In this document: positions 25,647 to 36,654 of the stretch, piece by piece
How the letters are laid out: each line of letters begins with the position of its first letter
How positions within the stretch are numbered: the first letter of the stretch is position 1
Assembly: GCA_951406725.2 (NCBI GenBank)
Contig: OX597817.1
Location: 150,536,001 to 150,600,000 of the forward strand
Direction of reading: 5' to 3'
DNA length: 64,000 bases
DNA from: Octopus vulgaris
Taxonomy: Eukaryota
Translations under genes and position numbers: made by a program
Notes under the pieces: model-generated
Told to the model about the DNA's origin: nothing
The model's database searches: none
Seen by the model: the letters and a program-made list of their open reading frames with translations, nothing else

Positions 25647-27817
25647 GTAGGTGAAATTTAGAAATCCTGTTAGTGATTTCTGACAATGCTTTGTCCTTCG
25701 TTGTGTAACCCCTACCACTTTTTTATTTCTTATATTTAAACAAAGGATTTACGATGTTTTTTTTTTTAATTATACACTTGACATTCATTCTGATGTAGAG
25801 AAAATGTAAACAAATTGGGAATTAATAACGCACTTTGTTCAATTTCATTTTTGTTCTTTCAAATTTCAGTTGCTTCCTACTTGTTTTTACATTTTAGTTT
25901 CACAGTTTATAAATTTGGATTTAAAAGCTTAAAATATAGATATTTTCTAATCTTTTTTTTTAAAACTCAGCTTTGTAAATAATAGAATTATTAGAACTTG
26001 CAACATGTGATTACGCAACCAAATACTGACTAAAAGCTGTATGTAATAAACCACCTGCAAACCTTTGACCTATGCAACTGAACAACACCTCTTCCATAGA
26101 GATCGAGCGCACACCAAAGAATAACATCCCTATGAGGCACCAGGATGCGATTGGAATTGTAATAGATGAAGACAAATGGAATTACATATTTGATAGTCTT
26201 AAATAAAAGCCTAATTTATGGGGAACGTAAGGTATAAACTGTGTGTGTGCACAGTTTTACTCTGGTGTACTTTTGGTAAACTAGTTGTTTGGCACCAGGG
26301 CTTTTCGGCCATGATCATCTGTTTTTTTTTTCTCGAGCATTATGTAACTATGGTTACATTATCTTATATGTCCTTCCTTTTTTAAGACTGTAAAGCGTAA
26401 CTTGATGGGATATTTAGCTGCTATTTCTAGCAGGTCGAGCGGCCACGTAGAGTCCCGTTGGTTAAGAATGAATGAAAATTGACATCAGAAAGTCAGCAAT
26501 TGTGTAATAGTAACACTTAACTATCAATCATTCAGTGAACCATCAATAATATTGATTTTACAAATACGTGGTGATGGTCAATCGTTTTTGATAAGTAAGA
26601 TTTGAGATGCTATATATACTTGAAAATAAAAATTGAAAACATATATACCTTTTAATCATATTTTGAAGCCTTAAGCTGTATTTGTGTAACTAATAGGTCC
26701 AGTACTGATGGATGCTCTTGACGTTTTATAATGAAGAGTATCCATCAATGGGTTATTAAAATTATTGGATTCAGTAAAAGAAGTGAGGGAGGAGATTGAT
26801 GATCGTACTTCTTTCAGAGGCATAAGACCTGGAATCCCCAGCATAGCCGCAGTCTAATGACTGAAACAAATAAAAGAATTAAAGAATAAAAAGTGAATTA
26901 AAGCGGGGCTCTGGAGCCGGATTATTGCCTACTTATCTTCGACAGTGGTTCTCAATCTTTTCACAATCAAGAACCCTTTTTATTTCCCTATGGATCCCAC
27001 GCTTTTGAAAGGTCTATCGAATAAGCCGATTTTATTAACTAACAACAAATTCGTTTTCCCAGTTTCATCTTTCAGTTGAAAGATACGTCTACATTTTACA
27101 TTGCAGCCTCTTAAAATTCAAAACACCTCTAACATTACCTTTGTGTACCCACCCATAGGAGTCCGCGAATCCTAGCTTAAGAACCTCTAACTTAGAACAT
27201 ATACTAATAAAATCTGGGAGTTGGAGACCCTGTACCCGAAGCCTCTCGCTGATGAAGTCTCTAAAAAACTATCAAAATAAAACAATTTAATCAAGACTCA
27301 ATCAACAGTTTTAACTTACATATCTATAAATTTGTATAAATTGAAGATTCATTATTTTTTTCAGCAGAAATGCAGTCCCACAAGTTCTAGTATATTTGCC
27401 TTTCGGCCCTCAAGCTAAAATGTTTCCATACCCGTCTGTCTATGTGGTCATTCGACCTCCTAGAAATGGCAGCCAAATATCCCTCAGATCAGACTGTTAT
27501 TTAAAGAAGAGAAGAACTTGCAGGATAATATATTAGATATGCTATAAAAGATGGGATGGCCATCGTTGGTACGTGTTGGATCGTACGTCAACTCAATCAG
27601 CTCAGATTTAGGACTAAACAACAATATGCAATGTGTCGTTGATGCTGATGCAACCATTTGCAAAGAGCATCTCTAATAAACGATCGCATCAACATTTGTA
27701 AAAAACATTGATAAAAAATATCTTTTATAATGGCGATATCATACATTAACAATAATAATAGTAACATCTATTCTTTATCATTTTTTATATTTAATATTCA
27801 TTTAACTTTAAGGATCT

Positions 27818-28213
27818 TTTATCTTTTACCTGTTTCAATCATTAAACTGCGGCCATGCTGGAGCACCGCTTTGAAGCGTTTTAGGCGAAGAAATCGACCC
27901 CTGTGCCTTTTAATTTTTAAAGCCTGGTACATATTCTGTTGATTTCTATTTGCCGATTCACTAAGTTACAGGGAGGTAAATAAATCAGCATCGGTTGTGA
28001 AGCGGTGGTGGGGGATAAACACACACACACACACACACCGCGTGCGTGTGTACGATGGGCTTCTTTCAGTTTCCACTAAGTCCACCCACTCGCAAAGTTT
28101 TGGTTGGCTTGAGGCTATAGTAGAAGATCTTTGCCCAAAGGGCGATGCAGTGGGACTGAACCCAGAACCATATGGTTGGGAAGCAATCCTTTGTACCACA
28201 CAGCCACGCCTGT
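27818..28213 (-). mobile_element. SINE family A copy
   Basis: Matches family A. Confidence 0.85.
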
Positions 28214-28410
28214 ATAGAAATTTAATTCAAAATCCATACTATTGGGAAATGCCATTTTTTTCTCTCCTATGAATTTGAAGTTATAGTATTTTAAGTATTA
28301 GTTTATATCTTCATTTAAAACAGGTGATCTAGACTATAGACCCAGCAGTTGGGTTGTAAAGGTTTGAAAATATAAATCATGAATTTCAAAGAACATTATA
28401 TTTAATTTCG

Positions 28411-28696
28411 TTTTTGGATTTGGTTTGCAAGATTCTTTATGTGAGTTCTTGTGTTGAAGCATATTCTGTTGTGTCTGGGGAGAGTCATTTTCTTTTTGTG
28501 CCTTATAATTTAACACACTCACTGGTAAAATTTCCACTTATTTCTTATTTTTATTTTCCTAAAACTTTCGTTGCGTCTTGCAACCTTTTCAATAGTCTAA
28601 AAATGAAAATAAGAAATAAGTGGAAATTTTACCGGTGAGTGTGTTAAATTATAAGGCACAAAAATAAAATGACTCTCCTCAGACACAACAGATTAT
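28411..28696. repeat. Fold-back (Penelope-type) element, copy 2
   Basis: Same family as 19190-19442 in the opposite orientation. Arms of about 100 bp surround a loop of about 35 bp. Confidence 0.85.
28559..28595 (-). ncRNA. Minimal hammerhead-like motif, U3-A8 core variant
   Basis: CUA-UUGAAAA-G-GUUGC(AAGAC)GCAAC-GAAA-GU-UU-UAG, in the loop of a fold-back element. Confidence 0.55.
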
Positions 28697-28860
28697 ATTT
28701 AATATTTGTCTGCTAAGCATTGCATCAGATCTTCTCATTAAAAAAAAAATTGCTGAAAACTCGAGTTTTTAAAAAAGTAATATTTACTACTATGCTGGTA
28801 ATCCATAACATTTAAATTGTTCTAAAATTTACATGTATCTGTAAAGTATTATTTGCATAT

Positions 28861-29373
28861 AGGCATAGGAGTGGCTGTGTGGTAAGTAGCTTGCTTACGA
28901 ACCACATAGTTCCAGGTTCAGTCCCACTGCTTGGTACCTTGGGCAAGCGTCTTCTACTATAGCCTCGGGCCGACCAAAGCCTTGTGAGTGGATTTGGTAG
29001 ACAGAAACTGAAAGAAGCCCGTCTTATATGTGTGTATGTGTATACGTTTGTGTGTCTGTATTTGTCACCCCCACATCGCTTGATAACCGATGCTGGTGTG
29101 TTTACGCCCCTGTAACTTAGCGGTTCGATAGTTAGTTAGTTATTTTTAATTTTTTGGCTCAAAAAGCAAAAAGCAAGGCCATGTAGGGGGACATGGAGTT
29201 ATGTACAGGGTGGTGTTCATGTAAAGAGTTCAGGCCACTTGTGGTCAAGGGAGACTTTGAACCGAGCGGTCGTCAGCATCTTCACTATAGAATAAGTACA
29301 GGGGTTGATTTGCTCAACTAAAGGCGGTGCTCCAGTATGGCCATGGTCAAATGACTGAAATGAGTAAAAGAGT
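28861..29373 (+). mobile_element. SINE family A copy interrupted by a CR1 fragment
   Basis: Family A head and tail flank the insert at 29130-29285. Confidence 0.88.
29130..29285 (-). mobile_element. CR1 3' fragment of the (TAAC)n family nested in a SINE
   Basis: Reverse-complement match to about 45685-45835. It interrupts the SINE at 28861-29373. Confidence 0.85.
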
Positions 29374-30262
29374 ATATATGTTAACGCACATTTAATTCAA
29401 TTGAAATAAAACCAATTCAAAAATTAATTAAAGCATTTAGCCACTTTTTCATTTTTAAATTCTTTCTTTGAATGTAAATGAAGAAATGTGTATTTACTTA
29501 TCTGCAGATATTTGTTGTTCTTTCTGGTTATTTCAACATTTCTTATAAAAAAAATTATAGAATTTGATTTTAATATATTAAAATATATAAAAAAAAACCT
29601 CAAATAATTTTAGTATTTGTTTTGGGTTTATTCTTGTAATTTCCTTTGTTGATATACTTTTTGCATTCGTTTTGTAAATTTGTTCTAAATTTTTGACAAC
29701 AAAAAGGCAGTGAGCTATATTTTGTTTGTCTTTACATTCTGAGTTCAAATTCTGCTGAGGTCAACTTTGTCGTTCATCCTTTTGGGGTCAATAAAATGGG
29801 TACCAGTTGAGGGCTGGGATTGATGTAATTGACTTAGTCCCTTACCTGAAATTACTAGCTTTGTGCCAAAATTTGAAATCAATATTTGTCAACAAATATT
29901 AAAGGCAGTGGCTTGGCAGAATCTTATGTTTATAAAATAATATACCTTTAGCTGTGAACCTTAGCATTATGAGTTCAAATTCAACCAGGGTCAACTTTGT
30001 TTTTCATTTTTTCAAGATTGAGAAAAATAAAGTACCAATGAAGTACTGGGGTCAACTTAACCCTTTCCTTGACACATTTCTGTTGAAATATACTTCCTTT
30101 GTTTTAATGAATTCTTAAAATAATGAAGGATTTATTAAAATAATTTTGTCATTAATAAGCTGGTATCTAGAACACAAATTAACATACATTTTGATGGAAA
30201 GCTTTAATTCAAATCCTTTAAAACAGGAAATTTGTATCATAGAACTAAGGGGCAGCCTTATG

Positions 30263-30800
30263 TATTGGGTCATCCCATAAATAATGTTCTTTTTCAATTG
30301 CATGAACTAAAAGTTGGAGGGGGATGGGATAAATTATGTACATCAGCTTGCTATAAAAGCAGGTAGTAATTTTACTTTGTATTTATTCTTAGTGCAAGTT
30401 TTGAAGAGTGCAGTTTGATTTTAACAGTTATTTTTTTCAAGGTTATAATGGAAGTGTCAAAGGAGCATATTTGGCATATTTTGCTTTATGAGTTAAAATA
30501 AAGGTACCAATGCAGTATATGGGGATCAGACAATAAGTGTAAGCTACAGTCTAGAAGATGAACCTCATCTTTCAAGATCTGTAGAGCTCAACGAGGATGT
30601 CCTGCAAACCCTGGTGGAACAAAATCCCATCATAACTGTTGGGGTACTAGCAGAGAAGCTTTGATTTGGTCATTCAACCATTCATCAATGCCAGCACTAG
30701 AAGAAAAATGACCATCTTTGGTTCCAAGACGAAAGGTGTTCTTCCATCAGGATAAAACATGGCCATATACAGTGAGGATGACATTCTAAAGGCTGGAGTA
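30263..30800 (+). mobile_element. Mariner transposon remnant (left TIR plus N-terminal transposase)
   Basis: TA followed by TTGGGTCATCCCATAAATAATG as a TIR-like start. From 30448: MEVSKEHIWHILLYE...SLEDEPH..RSVELNEDVLQTLVEQNP...LAEKL..GHSTIH, a mariner HTH region with deletions. Confidence 0.8.
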
Positions 30801-30819
30801 GATAAATGACATTGAGCTT

Positions 30820-31300
30820 CTTCTATTGTCTTGTGTACAGTGTCCAGGTCTTTGATCTATAGAGGAGGGTGCTCAGTATCCATGCTTCATAAATCCTAAT
30901 TTTGGTTTTCACTGTGAGCATCTTGTTGTTCCATAGTCTTTTGCTGAGTCTACCAAAGGCTATTGCAGCTTTTCCTATCCAGACACATTTTGTCATCTAG
31001 GGAGGTTGTCAAAGACATTGTGGACCCGGGACAGAATTTCTTTACAACCTCCAGTGGCTTGTTGTCCAATATGATGTTGTTTTGAGCTGTGCCATCTTGT
31101 GACAGAATGATGGTCTTCTTGATGCTAATTACAAGAAAAAATGTTTTGCAGGCTTGTGAAAGGTGCTCCATCATTGCCTGTGGGGTCAACTCACTGTGAG
31201 CAACTAATGCTGTGTCATCTGCAAAGTGGAGATCTCTGATCAAGGTTAACTTGGTTTTTGCTCTGAGGTGTGCAAGATTAAAAAGGGACCCATCAATTCT
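30820..31300 (-). mobile_element. RTE LINE RT fragment
   Basis: Encodes IRDLHFADDTALVAHS...LVISIKKT...LEVVKKF, the RTE FADD region. Confidence 0.85.
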
Positions 31301-31999
31301 CTAGTGAGAACATTGTACTATCCTGGATAAATATTTGATTCTCCTGTTTTTAGTTTAGTAGATATAGATAAAAGTTGAATCGTAGGATGTATTTTTAATA
31401 AAGCATAATCAAAAATAATATGTTTCCATAGTTTAATTGCAGAAACAAGAGTCTGTAAAACCTGGAAAATTTTATGGGTTTGTGCCTAAAATTAGAAATC
31501 ATTATAATCTTTTCTATATTTAGTTTCTTCTCATATCCTGTGTTTGATATTTTAAAGTACGTCGGTGATAGTTGATGTGCTTATCTAATCATGAGCATAT
31601 CTGTTTAAGCATGAATGAAATAGTAATGAAAAAAATCATAATCATTTGTTACATTTTTCTGGGATTACTGTTTTGAAGTTATTACAAAATGTTGTATAAA
31701 GTTTGAAGAATTTCTGTAAGAACATTTTAGCTATGTTTAGCTAAAAATTCTTTAAACTTTTATCTTATCTCTGTATTTTTCCTTTCATTTTGACTCTCGC
31801 ACTCTGGCCTGTGATATTCTATGACCATTGGCGTCACCTAACCATTTTACTACCCCATTTCTTAGATTCCCCAGTCTCATTTATTGCCACTCAATATATT
31901 CCTCCTATCTGAAATGTTAGAATTCATCTCTCTTTGTGTCGTGTGAATTTAGTCAAATTTGCAAAGTTTAATGACTGATTTTGACCTAAGTAGGCTAAC

Positions 32000-32385
32000 T
32001 TCAATTTCTGGAAACTGTTCAGAAATGTGCAACCAGATGAATACCCACTGTCAGGGATCTACCATACTCTGAACATCATGATCTGGCAACTGACTTGGTA
32101 GATACCCACAAGATTATTCACCATCTTTCCAACAACACCCTTGGGTACCTTTTTGAATTTCATGTCTAACACTCATGGACATGCTTACAAAATCAAGAAA
32201 CAACTACCTGCATCAGTTATTACCTGTCAGGACACTACATCCTTCAAAACCAGCATTACACTTGGTACCCCAAAACCCACCTTTTGTTTTTTAAACGACT
32301 CATTCACTGTTCACTTCTTGTGCATATTCTATTACTGTTCATGCTTTCCATTTGCATTTTGCTACAACAAAAGACTCTTTGAACT
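32000..32385 (+). mobile_element. Decayed CR1 3' fragment
   Basis: Similar to the RT C-terminus of 17478-17830 (ATDLVDTHKI, SNTHGHAYKIKKQ), with deletions. Confidence 0.7.
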
Positions 32386-32618
32386 GTCATATGTGTGCAT
32401 GCATACGTACATATATACATACATACATACGAACAAAATGACTGCTCAAGGAGTACAAAACCAAATAATGGGCAAACAAAATGTAAAGCTGTATCAAACC
32501 TGGGTAATGGATTACAAAGATGTATAGCTGTAATCTAAACTAAGTGGCTAATAAGATGTATAACTTTATATAAAACTAGATGAAGGATTAACAAGATATA
32601 TAAATAATAAATAAATGT

Positions 32619-32863
32619 GCCCTTTTAAAGCCTAACCAGTCTCATGGGCCTGGTTTCCTGGTTTATATGGCGTATGTGTTCTCCAGCTGGATGGGATGCC
32701 AGTCCATCGTAGCATTACTCGTTTTTGCCAGCTGAGTGGACTGGAGCAACGTGAAATGAAGTGCTTTGCTCAAGAACACAACGCGTTGCCTGGTCCAGGA
32801 ATCGAAACCACAATCTTACGATCATGATGCTGACACCCTAACCACTAAGCCATGCGCCTCCAC
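32619..32863 (-). mobile_element. tRNA-derived SINE family E (CORE-like central segment)
   Basis: Head GGAGGCGCATGGCTTAGTGGTTAGG...GTTTCGATTCCCTGGACC, then TGTGTTCTTGAGCAAAGCACTTCATTTCAC. Other copies: about 2719-3050(-), 39840-40070(-), 46688-47105(+) and 61078-61290(+). Confidence 0.8.
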
Positions 32864-33869
32864 AAACAAGATATATAGCTGTAATGAAAATTAAAAAACA
32901 ACAAATGTTCCAGCTTTGGCATCCAGAAACTTCTTTTTTAAGTCATCTGGTGGGTGGGTGGGCAATATTAAGGCACTAAACAATCTGTTGTAATATTATA
33001 TAATTACATCGATTAACCTAAATATGTCAGTGTGTGATTGACAGTGTGAACCATGGACTAAACGTCAAGCAATCCTTGTGCTAATTCACTGTAGTTATAG
33101 ATAACTTACTTTTAGTTATCTGCAGTATTTATAAAGAATTCAGAAACCTAACTTTATTGATGATGGAATGATACTTTTTCCTGCTGTAGGTGGAATGTGT
33201 GATGTGTTTATTGGAAAAACATAATGTTAAGAATACACAGTTGTGGCAAGAGGACATATAAAATGTGTAGATAAATGAATTGAGCATAATCTATTGATTA
33301 AGGAAGGGAATATTTATCTTGTTAATTTCTGTGTTAGACATATTTTTATACCATTAGTCATATACTTTAGCTGATTTTTCTTTCCTCTTTATGGATTAAA
33401 CAAAAAAGGAGATGGACATTTTTGAAAATATTTTTCTATTTTAAAAAATATTTTAGAACACAATGTTCTTCTAGTGTTGTAAATCTGGGAGAGAATTTAG
33501 ATGAATTGAAGGGTGATTAAAAAGCAGGTGTATAATTAAAGAGAACTATACCCAAAACTGCTAATCAAGTATTAAAGGTATTTCATCCATGACCATCCCA
33601 TCTTTTTGTGTATCTATGACTAATTTATATAGTATGACCTTTACAATGTGATTTGAAGTAGATTTAGCTGCTATTCCTCATGGGCTCCTCTTTGTTGTTG
33701 ATGGTAGATGTAGGACAAATTAGTTTTTTTCATATATATTAAAAAAATATGTAGCTCACAAATATATTTTTTTAATTTGTGAGTAAAAGGAAAATGATCA
33801 GTAGACATGACCTTTGAAGGTCTTACAGCCACATTGATTGATGAAGTGTAAATAAGCATAGGCTAATGT

Positions 33870-34750
33870 CTGCTGGGTGGGAAATCTGAATGGTTATTTC
33901 TTATGAGGAAGGTTTGAGAGACGTATTTAGTGTTGAGTTCAGGCGCTAAGACACAACAAGACTGATAAAAGAAGGAGATCTGACTGTGTTGAATGTGTGT
34001 ATCCAGTTAGTTTGTGGGGCCAATGATCATTGTAGTAATGGTAGAAGAGCCATAAAGAAGAAATAATGTAACTCTGCTCAACATATTAGTGAGTTTAGGA
34101 GTGAAAACACCCCACTTATTTGAATGAACTATTTTGGATGCTGTCTAACAATTTTGTTTGTAGCAACACTACTGCTTAATAAAAGTCAGCCTTACTTTGT
34201 GGAGCATTAGCAATTGGTCAGTGCTGAAATAATTTCTGGCTCTGAAGAGGAACACTTGCTTTTGGGATATGGTTTAATATGTGGGTTTCACCATCAAATA
34301 TAAGAAATTGTGTGATCTTGGTATTTATAGCAGTTTTCAATGTTTTAATTATGTTATTTCATTGATTAAAATGATGAAGTACAAGTCTGTCTCCTTGATA
34401 ATATGTAGTGATTGTTGGCTGTCATTGCAAGAATATCTTTGGAGTTTCTTATTGTGGAGTTTGCTGAGATCTGCCATGAGGTGTCTAAACTTTGTGTTGA
34501 AGGTTAATGAAGAGTGAAAAATGATATCACCTGCATAGAAGTATGTATATGCTGTTAGAGATGACAGTAAGTAAGTTGTTAGAGCAGAGAAGGCAGAATC
34601 TGAGAAACATAACCAAACATATGGATACACCAGAATTGACAGTTTGGGCTGGGGAGAATTACATGAGCACCTGCTGCTATGATGTGGTTTGAATAGGAAG
34701 TTTTGAATGCAAACAATGAGAGTTGGATGGCATCACTGGGAGTTGCTTCG
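33870..34750 (-). mobile_element. Decayed non-LTR retrotransposon RT fragment
   Basis: SAFSALTTYLLSS...YFYAGDIIFH resembles a degenerate YADD motif. There are many stops. Confidence 0.5.
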
Positions 34751-35934
34751 TCTTCTCAAGATTGTATAGATGTAAAAATATTACAATGTGCAATTAGAAT
34801 ATTAAGAATAATATTTATGTTTTACTTGTTTCAGTCAATGGACTCCAGCCATGCTGGAGCACTGCCTTGAAGTGTTCAGTTGTACAAATAGTCCCTGGTA
34901 TTTATTTTTTGAAGTCTGGTATTCATTCTATTGGGCTCTTTTGCTGTACTGCTAAGTTATGTGGTTTGAGGGACAAACACAAAGACACATACACATGTAT
35001 ATATATGATGGGCTTCCACACACTTTCCATTTACCAAATTCACTCACAAGGCATTGGGTAGTCCAGAGCTATAGTAGAAAACACTTACCCAAGGTACCAC
35101 ACAGAGGGATTGAACCTGAATCCACATAATTGCAAAACAAATTTCTTAATCACACAGCCATGCCTGTGCCTGTGTTCAGAATAAGAGATGAATTATCACC
35201 GAATATTGCTTTAGCAACATATTGACTGAGGCACAAATTTATAATTTCTGATTAAACGGTTTCTCAAGCTGCGTTATGTTAATTTCATTATTTATTAAAT
35301 AGATCAGACATGGCTGTTCATGTATGTGAAATGATAGACGAATGTATTGTAGATGATGGTGGCATTTTCAGAACAAAAGAATACTCATGTCCCTTATTTC
35401 AGTTTGTTACATGAGAAAGGAGAGAACAACAATGATACACCTGAAGTACCTTTAGAATTAGTTTATCTTGGAAATTCCTATTCTTGACCTACAATTTATA
35501 AGTGCAAAAGTTATCAACCTCTTCCTATATTTTGATTGATTTCATATCAAACAAATCCTTAGAATTTTTGTTACAAGTATTTACATTGCTTTTTTTTTTA
35601 TCTTAGGAAAACTTAGTTACAGTGTTATGCCTTCTATAAGATTAATGTGCTGTTTATTATGATTAATATTCCTGTGTTTTGTGAAGTCAATTTGTAGGTT
35701 TACAAATAGTTATTGCTGTTTCTTTGTATTTTTCCTTAGAAAAACACCCATTTGGTCATAGATAATTTTAATAAAAAGTATGTTGTAGTACTCACAGTTA
35801 GCCATGACTGCTTATAGTAACCATTACATTTACTGTCATTTAGTGAGGAATTCTCATCACTGTTAGATACTCTAACTTGGCATATCCATGTGCTCCCTAC
35901 TCTTGGTACCTTACATGTCCCTTCGTCTGCCATG

Positions 35935-36102
35935 GGGCACAATTGACTGGCTGTGTGGTAAGTAGCTTGTTCACCAACCACATGGTTCCGGGTTCAGTCT
36001 TACTGCATGGCACCTTGGGCAGGTATCTTCTGCTATAGCCTTGGGCTGAACAAAACCTTGTGAGTGGATTTCGTAGATGGAAACTGAAAGAAGCCCGTCA
36101 TA

Positions 36103-36139
<37 letters not shown>

Positions 36140-36365
36140 ATGTATATATTTGTGTGTGTGTGTTTGTCCCCCCAACTTCTCTTGACAACCGACGTTGGTG
36201 TGTTTACGTCCCCGTCACTTAGCGGTTCCGCAAGAGAGACCGATAGAATAAGTACTAGGCTTACAAAGAATGAGTCCTGGGGTCAATTTGCTTGACTAAA
36301 GGCGGTGCTCCAGCATGGCCGCAGTCAAACAAATAAACAGACTGAAGCAAATAAAAGAATAAAAA
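35935..36365 (+). mobile_element. SINE family A copy
   Basis: Full-length match. Confidence 0.88.
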
Positions 36366-36373
36366 GAAAGAAC

Positions 36374-36654
36374 CATTCTGACTGCAACTCCCCTAACCTA
36401 ATATGTTTCTTAGATTGAAGCTCTGTGGCACACAGTACTTAGGTGAAATGGGTTACCATTTGGGAGATAGATTCTGTGAGCATTTGCTGGACATGTGTAA
36501 CAATACCTGGGGTGTTTCAAACTCATCTGGTCCTGTCTTTGATCATCTATCAGTCTATGGTGTCCTCCAATACTTTGGCTCACATGTGATCTGCAAATAC
36601 AAGGAGCAGGGCCTTATTTTCAATCTGGGCACTTCTGTTCCTCAGCACCTTTAG
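36374..36654 (+). mobile_element. Penelope-like element GIY-YIG endonuclease remnant
   Basis: HSDCNSPNLI..., then LCGTQYLGEMGYHLGDRFCEHLLD...KYKEQGLIFNLGTSVPQHL. This matches the PLE consensus (C..SNVIY.I.C..C...YIGETGRRL..RF.EH...E..LI..LGTL.P.GLN). Confidence 0.85.
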
